Assembly: GCA_963727525.1 (NCBI GenBank)
Contig: CAVSGO010000007.1
Span: 928,001-992,000, forward strand
Direction: 5' to 3'
DNA: 64,000 nt
From: an uncultured bacterium
Lineage (GTDB): Bacteria > Krumholzibacteriota > Krumholzibacteriia > LZORAL124-64-63
Both the position numbers and the translations under genes were made by a program. The stretch's first letter is position 1. Every line of letters begins with the position of its first letter. Shown piece by piece: positions 53,204-62,322 of the stretch. Below the pieces are notes generated by a model that was not told the origin of the DNA, ran no database searches, and was given only the letters and a program-made list of their open reading frames with translations.

Positions 53204-54244
53204 CTATTCCTCCAGAAGCTTGTGGATCAGCTTCACGGCGCGATTCTGATTGATGCGTCCGGCCTCGGCCAGGAACACGTCCTTGCCCTCCACCTTCACG
53301 GTGAGGGGGCTGGCGACCGCTTGCGGCAAATGCAGCAGGTCGCCCTCCTGGAGCTCGAGCACCTTGTCGAGGGTCGTCTCCAGCTCCCCGAGCACGACCA
53401 CGACCTCGCTGGTCGTGCCCTGGATCATCTCCAGGATCTGCTTGCGGTCCTGGGTGACCTCCTTTGGCGAGCGCAGCTCGAGCGTCTCCTCGGGATCGAA
53501 GATGTGCCGCACCGGCCCGAAGGCCGGCAACGGGATGCAGAGGTTCATGAGTCCCTCGACCGTCTCCAGCTTGATCTGGAAGCGGACACTGACCATCGAC
53601 TCCGTGGTCGGCAAGCCGGTGAGGTAGTTCGGGTTGTTCTCGAGACCCACGAATTCCGGCCGCACCTCGAGCAGGCGACTCGCGGCGTTGCGCAGCAGCT
53701 CGTTGATGCGCGACACGAAGCCCGCGAAGATTGCGCGCTCGATCTCGGTGAAGCTACGCAACCGATCCTCGGGGTCGGGGCGCCCGCCCATGAGCTTCTT
53801 GATGATCACGAAGCACACGCCCAGATCCAGATGGATGAGCGAGTGCCCGTTCAGCGGGCGCATGGTGATCGTCGCCGCGCAGGTGGGGTTGGGCATGTCC
53901 TTCAGGTATTCCTGGAACGTGCTGAGCTGCACGCCCCGGTACTCGACCACCGTGCTCGTACGCAGCAGATTGGTCAGCGAGATCGTCCCCAGGCGGGCGA
54001 CCTGCTCGGCGAGGTTTTGCAAGTTCTGCTCGAATATGCGCGAGATCTTGTGCGGACGGTTGAAATCGTAGGCGCTGGGGCCAGCCGGCCCGTCATCGTC
54101 GGAGCGCGCGTTGAGCACCTGCTCGAGGTCGAGGCCGAGATCGGCCCCGCTGCCACGCTCGAGGGTCTCGGCCTGGTCGAGCGCGGCGTCGAGATCCAGG
54201 TCGTCCAGGAGATCGGTGCTCGCGTCGTCGATGTCGTTGGCCAC
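53204..54244 (-). CDS. fliM: Flagellar motor switch protein FliM
   Basis: YDFNRP, LMGG, FTEIE, ENNP, C-terminal SpoA domain. Confidence 0.92.
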   Translation of the reverse strand: MANDIDDASTDLLDDLDLDAALDQAETLERGSGADLGLDLEQVLNARSDDDGPAGPSAYDFNRPHKISRIFEQNLQNLAEQVARLGTISLTNLLRTSTVVEYRGVQLSTFQEYLKDMPNPTCAATITMRPLNGHSLIHLDLGVCFVIIKKLMGGRPDPEDRLRSFTEIERAIFAGFVSRINELLRNAASRLLEVRPEFVGLENNPNYLTGLPTTESMVSVRFQIKLETVEGLMNLCIPLPAFGPVRHIFDPEETLELRSPKEVTQDRKQILEMIQGTTSEVVVVLGELETTLDKVLELQEGDLLHLPQAVASPLTVKVEGKDVFLAEAGRINQNRAVKLIHKLLEE

Positions 54245-54291
54245 TGCTGCCGTCCCGTCGTCTGGAGCGTGTCGCCTACCAGATAGCGTAT

Positions 54292-54816
54292 CTACTGGAT
54301 CACGAGGTCTGAGAAATAGATGTCCTTGAGCGTGTCGGGCGGCAGCTTCTCGGCGAGACGCCGCGAGAGGTCGTCACGCAGTCCCTTCTTGCCCTCCGGC
54401 GTGATGAGCTGCGCCGCCGACCGCTGTGAGATCGCCATGATCAGGGCGTCGCGCAGCATCGGCAGGCGCGCCGTCACCAGGGCAGCGGTGGCCTGGTCCA
54501 CCACCTCCAGATCGACCGTGGTGCGCAGATAACGAGCAGCGGGTCCGTCGCCTTGCAGGGTGACGATGACCTCGTTCAGGCTCACGAGCACGCCGATGTC
54601 CTCGCCCTTGGCCAGCGTGCTCGCGGCCTTGCTGTCCATGTCGGCCGCTCGGGTGCCCAGCTTCGGCATGATGACGAACTGGGTGATCCCGATCGCCAGG
54701 ATCGCCTGCAGCACCACCATGGCGCCGAGCAGGACCACCTTGTTCTCGAGGATGGCGGGCTTATTCTGCGCCGCGCTCCCGGTGGGCTCCGCCTGTTCGT
54801 TCTTCGCGTCGGCCAT
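54292..54816 (-). CDS. fliL: Flagellar basal body protein FliL
   Basis: Single TM, RYLR, LRDALI, PEGKKGLR, C-terminal IYFSDLVIQ. Confidence 0.9.
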   Translation of the reverse strand: MADAKNEQAEPTGSAAQNKPAILENKVVLLGAMVVLQAILAIGITQFVIMPKLGTRAADMDSKAASTLAKGEDIGVLVSLNEVIVTLQGDGPAARYLRTTVDLEVVDQATAALVTARLPMLRDALIMAISQRSAAQLITPEGKKGLRDDLSRRLAEKLPPDTLKDIYFSDLVIQ

Positions 54817-54825
54817 GCCTGCTCC

Positions 54826-55635
54826 TCATTTCGCGGTCGTGCCGCGTAGCATCGTCGTGATCGGTAGCAGGGGTGGTGCCACCCCGGCCTCGGGAATCAC
54901 GGCCTCGCTGAGTGGTTTCGCTCCGTGGACCGGTCGATTCCGTTCCACTTTCAGGTGGATCTCCACCCTTCGGTTCCGCGCCCGCCCCTCGGGCGTGGCG
55001 TTGTCGGCCAGCGGATGGAATTCCCCGTAACCGACGGCCGCCAATCGCTCTGACGGCACACCGTGCTCTTGAAAGTATCGTGCCACGGACACGGCACGGG
55101 CCGCGGAAAGGTCCCAGTTCGAGGGGAATCGCACCGAGCGGATCGGCAAGGGGTCGGTGTGCCCTTCCACGCGGATCTCGTTCGGGAATTTGCGCAGGAA
55201 GCTGGCGAGTTTATCCAGCAACACGGCGCTGCTGGGCTGCAGCGACGCCTGCCCCCGCGCGAAGAACACCGGCGCATCCACGCGGAACGTCACACCGTCG
55301 GGGGTGACAGCCACCTGCACCTGGTCCTGCATATTCTGGTCGAGGAGCGCCATCTCCAGCTCGCGTACCTCGTAGAGGAGGTCGTCGCTGTCGCCGAAAT
55401 CGTTCTTCGGCACGAGGGGGCGGTTGAAATCGATGACGGAGTTCGGCTGCACGAGCACGCCAAAGGCCTGGCGCAGCGAGTTGGCCGCCTCCTTGAATTT
55501 GGCTTCCTGCATCGACGAGAAGCTCACGATGAGCACGAAGAACGTCAGCAGCAGGCTCATCATGTCCCCATACGTCATGACCCAGATATCCAGGCCCTTC
55601 TTGATGACGATGGGGCGCTTGTTCTTGTCACTCAT
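54826..55635 (-). CDS. motB: Flagellar stator B subunit (MotB/PomB)
   Basis: WVMTYGDMMSLLLTFFVL; OmpA-like domain EGHTD, SNWDLSAARA, RARNRRVEI. Confidence 0.95.
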   Translation of the reverse strand: MSDKNKRPIVIKKGLDIWVMTYGDMMSLLLTFFVLIVSFSSMQEAKFKEAANSLRQAFGVLVQPNSVIDFNRPLVPKNDFGDSDDLLYEVRELEMALLDQNMQDQVQVAVTPDGVTFRVDAPVFFARGQASLQPSSAVLLDKLASFLRKFPNEIRVEGHTDPLPIRSVRFPSNWDLSAARAVSVARYFQEHGVPSERLAAVGYGEFHPLADNATPEGRARNRRVEIHLKVERNRPVHGAKPLSEAVIPEAGVAPPLLPITTMLRGTTAK

Positions 55636-55671
55636 GCCGGACCCCGGACGGCCACGACCGGGTGCGCCGGC

Positions 55672-56454
55672 CTAGGCCGCCTTCTGCTTGGCGTTCTCGA
55701 TCTTCTGGCGGACCTTCGGCGAGAGGAAGCTCTTGAGCTTCTCCTCGACGATGCGTGGCGAGTCGCCGCTCTGGATGGCCATGATGCCGTCGATGATCAT
55801 CTCCTTGACCAGCGTCTCCTCCGCCGACCGCGCCTCGAGCTTGGCGGCCAGGGGCAGAAACACCGCATTGGCCAGGAGGGCCCCATAGAAGGTCGTGATC
55901 AGGGCCGTGGCCATGCCGGCGCCGATCGAGCTGGGATCCTCGAGGGCGGCGAGCATGTTGATCAGACCGATCAGCGTTCCGATCATGCCGAATGCTGGAG
56001 CGTACGTGCCACCGGTCTCCAGAACGGCCTTGCCGTCCTTGTGCCTGGCCTCCACCTGCCCCAGATCGGTCTCGAGGATCTTCTCCAGGAGCTGGGGATC
56101 GGTGCCATCGACGGCCAGGCGCAGACCCTTGCGCAGGAAATCGTCGGGCTCGTTTTCCGACTCCTCCTCCAGCGCGAGCATGCCCTCGCGGCGGGCCCGC
56201 TCGGCGTAACCCACCATCTTGGAGATCACGGCGTCGGGATTCTGGCTCTTGGTGACGAACGAGTTCTTGATGACGTTCATCACCCCCAGCACACGTTGGA
56301 GGGGGTAACAGATGAAGATGACGGCGATCGTGCCGCCGATGACGATGGCCACCGAGGGGCCGTCGTAGAACTGGCTGAGCGAGCCACCCAGCAGGATGCC
56401 CCACACGACCAGTGCGAACGCGGCAACGATTCCTCCGATGGTGGCGATGTCCAC
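55672..56454 (-). CDS. motA: Flagellar stator A subunit (MotA/PomA)
   Basis: DIATIGG, ARREGMLALE, APAFGMIGTLIGL, ALITTFYG. Start trimmed to GTG 56454. Confidence 0.95.
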   Translation of the reverse strand: MDIATIGGIVAAFALVVWGILLGGSLSQFYDGPSVAIVIGGTIAVIFICYPLQRVLGVMNVIKNSFVTKSQNPDAVISKMVGYAERARREGMLALEEESENEPDDFLRKGLRLAVDGTDPQLLEKILETDLGQVEARHKDGKAVLETGGTYAPAFGMIGTLIGLINMLAALEDPSSIGAGMATALITTFYGALLANAVFLPLAAKLEARSAEETLVKEMIIDGIMAIQSGDSPRIVEEKLKSFLSPKVRQKIENAKQKAA

Positions 56455-56491
56455 GGCGTTCCTCTCGGGACCTGGCAACCCGCCGAGCGGG

Positions 56492-56716
56492 TCAGCCCTC
56501 GAAGACCGAGCCCGTACCGCCGGTGGGGATCGGGTAGATCCGGGCCCGGCTGCGGTAACTGACGGCTCGCTTCACAACCTCGTCCAACTCTTCCAGTACC
56601 ATAATCTTACGGCCGGTGGTCAGGCTGATCAGCGTGTCAGGCGTACTCTCGACGAACTCGATCAGGTCGGCGTTGACCACCAGTTCCCTGCCATTTAGTT
56701 TCGTGACTTTGATCAT
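56492..56716 (-). CDS. flbD: Small FlbD/SwrD-family flagellar protein
   Basis: MIKVTKLNG...VNADLIEFVESTPDTLISL; flgE-flbD-motA order. Confidence 0.9.
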   Translation of the reverse strand: MIKVTKLNGRELVVNADLIEFVESTPDTLISLTTGRKIMVLEELDEVVKRAVSYRSRARIYPIPTGGTGSVFEG

Positions 56717-56785
56717 GGACTTTAGCTCCCTCGCTGCGGCGTCCGGGCGGCAGGTGCACCGCCCGGACACACGCCGTCGCCGCCG

Positions 56786-58834
56786 CTACCTCACGAGATT
56801 CACGAGCTCCTGCATGAGGGTGTCCGCCGACGTCACCACACGGCTGTTCGCCTGGAAGGCGCGCTGTGCGATGACCAGGCGCGTGAACTCCTTGGCGAGG
56901 TCCACGTTGCTCGTCTCCAGCGCGCCCGGCGTGAGCGTCACGCCGTTGCCGTCGCCGGCGAAGACCAGGTTCGGTTCGCCGGAGTTGCCGCTCGTGCTGT
57001 AGGTGTTATTGGCCTCGCGCAGCAGACCGCCATCGTTCGCGAACTGGGCGACGGCGACCCGGGCCAGGTCGCGCATCGTGTCGTTGGAGAAGCGGCCCAC
57101 GATCGTACCTGTCTGATCGATCTCGAAATCCACGAGCTGGCCGGCCGTGTAGCCGTCCGCGATCGACTGCAGGTGGCCGGTGCCCTCGAACTGCGTCAGC
57201 CCATTCAGACCGCCCACGTCGCCGAGGTCGAGGGCCAGGGTCACGATGTCCGCACCCTCGCTGCCGTTGGGCTGCGGCTGGAAGGTGAGCGCCGAGGCGC
57301 CACCGTCATAGGTGAAGCTGGAGAGGGCCCCGTTCTCATCGAAGCTCACGCGGCCGCTGTTGCCTTCCAGCATCACCTCGTCGCCCTCGGTCTCCGCCTG
57401 CCATACCCACTCATTCCGATCGGGCACCTTCTCGAAGGTGAACGTCACGGTGTGCTGACCGCCGAGGGAGTCGTATGCGGTGGTGGAGAGGGTGAAATCG
57501 GTCTGGTCGCGTGCCTGCTGCGTCGGGCTGAATCCGAAGGCCGTGCGCACGGTCGTGTTGTCGGCGCCGTCCTCCATGATCTGCACGCCGCTGAGCGCAC
57601 TTGCAAGTCCCACCTCGCCGCGCAGGATGACGGTGCCGGTATCGCTGATCTCCACCGGGTTCGAGCTCAGACCCAGCGTCTGGCCGATCTCCGTCATGAG
57701 CGTGTCGAGGGTGGTGCCACTGGTCACCGAGAGGTTGTTGTTCGGCACCGACGTGCCGCCGGTCGAGCCGGAGATGACGAGCACCGCCGAACCGCTCGAG
57801 AAGTCGATGCCAAGCTCGTTGCCGCCGGACGTGTAGAGGGTCCCGAGGGTGTCGGTGCCGTCGGCGTAGGCCCGCAGCTCGCCGCTGTCGCCGTTGGCGG
57901 TGGTGCCGGTCGTACCGGCGGTGATGGTGCTGTCGAAGACGAAGTTCGCATTGAAGTTCGGCTTGTTCTGGCTGGAGAGGTGCAGATTCGTCACGTCCAG
58001 CCCCGTCCCGTTGTTCACGTTCAACTCGCCGTTGGCGCCGATAGCGAACGTGAGGTTGGGAACCCCGCCGTTCAACGCGTCGACCATGTCCTGATAGGTC
58101 GATCCGGACGTGACGGTGAAGGTGACGGGCGGACTGATCGACACTCCGCCGATCTGTCCGGAGAGCGTGATCGAGTTGCCCGGAACGAGGCCCAGGCTCG
58201 AAGTGCTCTGGGCGCTCATCGCGGTCAACAGATCCGTGCCTGCGGCCGGCGCGTAGAACGACGGCGACTCCATCACCGTGCCCGTGGCGTCGGAGTTGGA
58301 ATCGAGGTTGCCGATCAGCTGCACCTCGCTCGAGGCCGCGGCCGGCACCACGGTGCCCGGATCGATGAAGATGTCCGAGATCGGACCGGTGCCCACCACA
58401 CCGTCCGCGTTGGCCATCACGCCCTGCACGCGCATTCCGGTGGACGGGTTCACGAAGTAGTTATCCGAATCGAGACCGAAGACGCCCGCGCGCGTGTAGC
58501 TGTTGCTCTGGCCATTGCTGAGGATGAAGAAGCCGGCCCCCTGGATCGACAGGTCGGTCTTGATACCCGTCGTCTGGAAATTGCCCTGGCTGAAGTTGCT
58601 ATCGATGCTGCCGACCCGGGCGCCGAGCCCGATCTGCTGCGGATTCGTGCCGCCGAGGCCACCGGACATGGGACGACTGGCCGAGCGGATCGTCTGGGTG
58701 AGCATCTCGTTGAATGTGACGCGGCCGGTCTTGAAGCCGATCGTGTTGCTGTTGGCGATGTTGTTGCCGATCACGTCGAGTTCGGTCATGTTGGCCGACA
58801 TGCCGGACACCGCGGAGTACAGCGACTTGAACAT
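56786..58834 (-). CDS. flgE: Flagellar hook protein FlgE, long form (682 aa)
   Basis: SLYSAVSG, VIGNNIANSNTIGFK, NPQQIGLG, YTRAG, YDSLG, LETSNVDLAKEFT, QRAFQANSR. Confidence 0.96.
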   Translation of the reverse strand: MFKSLYSAVSGMSANMTELDVIGNNIANSNTIGFKTGRVTFNEMLTQTIRSASRPMSGGLGGTNPQQIGLGARVGSIDSNFSQGNFQTTGIKTDLSIQGAGFFILSNGQSNSYTRAGVFGLDSDNYFVNPSTGMRVQGVMANADGVVGTGPISDIFIDPGTVVPAAASSEVQLIGNLDSNSDATGTVMESPSFYAPAAGTDLLTAMSAQSTSSLGLVPGNSITLSGQIGGVSISPPVTFTVTSGSTYQDMVDALNGGVPNLTFAIGANGELNVNNGTGLDVTNLHLSSQNKPNFNANFVFDSTITAGTTGTTANGDSGELRAYADGTDTLGTLYTSGGNELGIDFSSGSAVLVISGSTGGTSVPNNNLSVTSGTTLDTLMTEIGQTLGLSSNPVEISDTGTVILRGEVGLASALSGVQIMEDGADNTTVRTAFGFSPTQQARDQTDFTLSTTAYDSLGGQHTVTFTFEKVPDRNEWVWQAETEGDEVMLEGNSGRVSFDENGALSSFTYDGGASALTFQPQPNGSEGADIVTLALDLGDVGGLNGLTQFEGTGHLQSIADGYTAGQLVDFEIDQTGTIVGRFSNDTMRDLARVAVAQFANDGGLLREANNTYSTSGNSGEPNLVFAGDGNGVTLTPGALETSNVDLAKEFTRLVIAQRAFQANSRVVTSADTLMQELVNLVR

Positions 58835-58885
58835 GGGAGCCTCCTTGTGCTCTTGCTTGCGGCCGCGAACGGCCGGTAGGGGTCG

Positions 58886-59536
58886 TCAACTGATCTGGTA
58901 GATATCGGCGACGTTGTAGTCGTGTCCGAAGACGGTGACCACCGCGGCGTTGTTCTCGTAGCGCAGTCCCTGCACGGCCCCAGTCATGAGCACCGTGGCG
59001 TCGACGGAGGAGCCCGCAGTATCGTTCACGGTGACGCGCACGCTGTACTCGCCGTCTTCCGCCTGCGCGTCGCCATCCAGTTTGCCGTCCCAGGTGATGG
59101 TGTTCAGACCGGCGGCGACGTCCTTGGTGTAGGTGCGGACGACCTCGCCGCTGGCGTCGAGGACCTCGATCGTCGCCGTGCCGGCACCGGTCGCGTTGAG
59201 CATGCTGGTCGACGCCGTCTTGTCGGTCACGTCCACGCGATCGCCCTCCACCGTGACATCGCGGCCCACGAGGGCGAGCATCGCCGTGTTGTTGATCGCC
59301 TGCGACATGAGGACCTGGTTGTCGAGCTTGTCGCCCAGCGAGGTGATCTGCTGCAATGTCGAGAACTGCGCGATCTGCGAGGTGAACTCGGCATTGTCCA
59401 TGGGCGACAGTGGGTCCTGGTTCTGGATCTGGGTCACCAGCAGATTCATGAAATCGATCTCCGACATCGAGCTACTGTTGTGCTCGGTTCCACCGACGAT
59501 GGGCGTCGTGCTGTTCTGGACGCTGGAAACAGCCAT
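58886..59536 (-). CDS. flgD: Flagellar hook cap FlgD
   Basis: FMNLLVTQIQNQDPLSPMDNAEFTSQIAQFS; WDG Ig domain. Confidence 0.96.
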   Translation of the reverse strand: MAVSSVQNSTTPIVGGTEHNSSSMSEIDFMNLLVTQIQNQDPLSPMDNAEFTSQIAQFSTLQQITSLGDKLDNQVLMSQAINNTAMLALVGRDVTVEGDRVDVTDKTASTSMLNATGAGTATIEVLDASGEVVRTYTKDVAAGLNTITWDGKLDGDAQAEDGEYSVRVTVNDTAGSSVDATVLMTGAVQGLRYENNAAVVTVFGHDYNVADIYQIS

Positions 59537-59549
59537 CGGTCACCTCCCG

Positions 59550-61151
59550 CTATGCAGCACCCTGCTGCTGCCTGAAACCCTCGTCGAACTGACGTCTGCC
59601 GTCCTGCCTGGCGTGATCGTGGCCGCCGCCGTCCGGGGATGACTCGTCGTGCGCACGATCTCCCTGACGCTGCTGGCGCTCGTCCCGGTTGGCATCCGGG
59701 CGCTCGTGCCGAACCTCGACCTGGTGCCAGCGTCCCCCACCGCCGCCGAGGACAGCCGCTGCGAGTTCCCTGGTACCCTCGCCGAGCGCCTTCTCGGCCT
59801 CGGCCGAGTGCGCGGTGAACACGATCTCGAGCTTCTGACCGTCGGCCTGCAGCCGCACCTCGATGGGGCCCAGGTGGGCGGGATCCAGGTGCAGCACCAT
59901 GCGCTCGTGGCCTGTGGAGCCGAGTTCCTGTCCCAGCAACTGCGTGAGCACCTGTCCGCGGATGGCTCCCGGATCGGGCACCGACGAGTCGCCCGTCTGG
60001 CCCGAGCCTCCTTGCGCGTGCGCGTGCGGCGCGCCGGCCCTCGCCAGCGCGATCCTCTCCCCGGCCAGCGCCGCCGAGGCATCCGCCAGGGCGGTGGCTG
60101 CGGTCGCGGCCTCCGTCGGTCCGGCCGTGTTGGCCTCCCGGGGCGTGTCCCCCCCGGTCGACGCGCTTGCCTCGTGCGCCGCGTCCCGCGCGGGGACCTG
60201 CGGGTCCCGCGCCGCAGCCTCGGGTGTCGCCCCGTCTGCGGACCCCGACTCGCCCCCGTCGCCCGTGGTCGCCTGGCCGGACGTTTCGTCGGTCGTCGGC
60301 GTGGCGGATGCGGCGACGGCCGACGACCATGCGGGCGCTGCCGGTCGGCCGGCGGGCGGAGGTGCATACGAGCCGGCCACCGCGGTGCCCACGGGATTGG
60401 TCCCCAGGTCGCTCCCGACGGCAGCGTGGTGCCCGCCCGCGTGCGCGTCCGTCGCGCCCTCCACCACGATTCCCGATTGAGGCGTCGCGGCGGGCTTGGC
60501 CGGATGCGCGGGCATGGCCATGGCCGCCGCGCTCGCGAAACCGAGCGTCGCGGATGCCGGTGCAGTGGGTGCCGGTGGGGTCGGCGTTGCGGATGCCGGT
60601 GCAATGGTCGCAGGTGGGGTCGGCGTCGCGCATGCCGCCAGGCTCGGACCCATGGCCACCGGACGGCCCCCGGGAGCCGCGGGCGTGGCGTGGTTCTCGG
60701 TCGACGGCGACGCTGCCGCGATGCGAGACAGGGGCGCGGCGAGGGTCGTCACGGTCGCCAGCGAAGCTGGTTCGGCACCATCTTCGGCGACGGCCTCTCG
60801 TGGCCCGTCGGACGCGACGGTCGGGGTACTCGGCGTCGTCAGGGCCGCCAGCATGCCGAGCAAGCCAGCCGGCAACCCGGCGATCGCGGGTGTGTCGGCC
60901 GACGCGGCAGCGGGCGACCTGGGCGTGTCGCCTGCTTCCGGGTCCGCCGAGGGCGTGGCGCTCGTATTGCCGGCGCCGGACACCGTCGGCGTCGGCGTCG
61001 GGGCCACGGCCTGCGCGAGCGCCGTCGCGAATGCGAGGTTCGCCGCGGCGGCCGCGTCGCTGGCCGGCGAACCGGCCGCCGGGGCGGCGGGGCGCGCCGT
61101 GCCCGTCGTGGAGACCGCCGGGAGGTTCAGAGCTGTGCCTGCGCTTGCCAC
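59550..61151 (-). CDS. fliK: Flagellar hook-length control protein FliK
   Basis: Long Ala/Pro/Thr-rich N-terminus; C-terminal LHLDPAHLGPIEVRL; directly upstream of flgD. Confidence 0.88.
   Translation of the reverse strand: MASAGTALNLPAVSTTGTARPAAPAAGSPASDAAAAANLAFATALAQAVAPTPTPTVSGAGNTSATPSADPEAGDTPRSPAAASADTPAIAGLPAGLLGMLAALTTPSTPTVASDGPREAVAEDGAEPASLATVTTLAAPLSRIAAASPSTENHATPAAPGGRPVAMGPSLAACATPTPPATIAPASATPTPPAPTAPASATLGFASAAAMAMPAHPAKPAATPQSGIVVEGATDAHAGGHHAAVGSDLGTNPVGTAVAGSYAPPPAGRPAAPAWSSAVAASATPTTDETSGQATTGDGGESGSADGATPEAAARDPQVPARDAAHEASASTGGDTPREANTAGPTEAATAATALADASAALAGERIALARAGAPHAHAQGGSGQTGDSSVPDPGAIRGQVLTQLLGQELGSTGHERMVLHLDPAHLGPIEVRLQADGQKLEIVFTAHSAEAEKALGEGTRELAAAVLGGGGGRWHQVEVRHERPDANRDERQQRQGDRAHDESSPDGGGHDHARQDGRRQFDEGFRQQQGAA
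60550..60637. repeat. Imperfect 39-bp tandem duplication in fliK (ATPTPPAxxAPAS units)
   Basis: GCGGATGCCGGTGCA...GGTGGGGTCGGCGT at 60550 and 60589, plus a partial third copy. Confidence 0.75.
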
Positions 61152-61676
61152 CTACTTCACCCCCTGGCTCAGGCGTGTGCTGATCTGCGCCGCGAGACCG
61201 GGATCCATGGCCGACAGGATCGCCGCGGCCTGACGGTCCTTCACGCGCCGCAGAATATCGATCGTGATGTCGATGTCGAGCGATGCGAGGATGGGGGCGG
61301 CCTTGGGCGCCTTCATGGCCTCGTACATCTTGGCGAGCTTGGCGAGCGTCTCCTCGCTCTCCGCATCGTAGGAAGTCTGGCGCGCGTCGAGTTGCGACAC
61401 GATCTCGCGCAGTTGCTTCTGCGCGGCCTCCAGCACCTGGGCCTGCACCGCGTAGGACTGGCCGAGTCCGGACAGGCGCTCGCGATCCTGCTGGATCCGG
61501 TCGCGCTCCACCTCGGCGTCGTGCAGCACGCGCTCGCTCGCGGCATAGTCGTCGGCGCTCAACTCGGGTCCGCCGTTGGTTCCGCCGCTGGCCTTGTCGA
61601 GTTGCAGGGTGAGCACCGCCACGCCACCGAAGATCAGCACGAAGGTGATCGTGGAGAGGATGAGTACGCTCTTCAT
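61152..61676 (-). CDS. MotE/YlxF/FlbB-like flagellar protein
   Basis: N-terminal TM, coiled coil, LAKMYEAMKAPKAAPIL...AAAILSAMDP; between fliJ and fliK. Confidence 0.8.
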   Translation of the reverse strand: MKSVLILSTITFVLIFGGVAVLTLQLDKASGGTNGGPELSADDYAASERVLHDAEVERDRIQQDRERLSGLGQSYAVQAQVLEAAQKQLREIVSQLDARQTSYDAESEETLAKLAKMYEAMKAPKAAPILASLDIDITIDILRRVKDRQAAAILSAMDPGLAAQISTRLSQGVK

Positions 61677-61737
61677 GGTCGATTCTCCTCAAGCCGCGCC
61701 GCGGCTGGCCGATCACGATCCTGGTGGCATCCGCCTG

Positions 61738-61753
61738 GCAACCGCGGTGCCAG
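61738..61753 (-). promoter_or_regulatory. sigma54 -24/-12 promoter of the motE-like-fliK-flgDE unit
   Basis: CTGGCACC-GCGG-TTGC in the fliJ/motE-like gap. Confidence 0.75.
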
Positions 61754-61881
61754 TCCGGCGGCGAAATCCGTCAGCGCCAATCGATTCTCGCGCAATCAGT
61801 TATCGATTCTTTCCAGAGAGCCTGGATTGGCACGGTCGCCAAAGCGGCAATTCGTGCCCGATGTCCCGCCCCCCGCGCCGT

Positions 61882-62322
61882 TCATGTCCGTCGTGCCGCC
61901 CGGTTGCTCGCTACCTCGTCGAGGAGGCGCCGATCGCGCCTCGCCTGCTCCTGCTGCCACTGGGCGTACCGTCGATCGCGAAGACTCTCCAACACCTGCT
62001 GGTCGCGATGGGCCGCCACCAGCCGCTCACGCGCCGTCGCAACCGCCGTCTGTGCATCCGTGACCGCGCAGTGCTCGCGAATGCGTCGCTGATCGAGCCA
62101 ATGCAGCCACGCCAGTTCGTCGGACTGCCGGCGCGGATCCACCGCCACGTGGCGCCGCGCGGCGGCCGCCGTCTGCACGCGGGCGATTTCCGCCTCGGTG
62201 TTGGCCAGGGTCAGCCCGGCCACCTCCAGGTTGGCATTCGCCTTCGCCACGTCTCGCGACGCCGCGTCCACCTGCCGCTGCCGATGCCGTAGCACCTTTT
62301 CCAGCCGGAAGACGAAGCTCAT
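61882..62322 (-). CDS. fliJ: Flagellar export protein FliJ
   Basis: FVFRLEKVL N-terminus, coiled coil, LDEVA C-terminus; ATGA overlap with fliI. Confidence 0.88.
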   Translation of the reverse strand: MSFVFRLEKVLRHRQRQVDAASRDVAKANANLEVAGLTLANTEAEIARVQTAAAARRHVAVDPRRQSDELAWLHWLDQRRIREHCAVTDAQTAVATARERLVAAHRDQQVLESLRDRRYAQWQQEQARRDRRLLDEVASNRAARRT

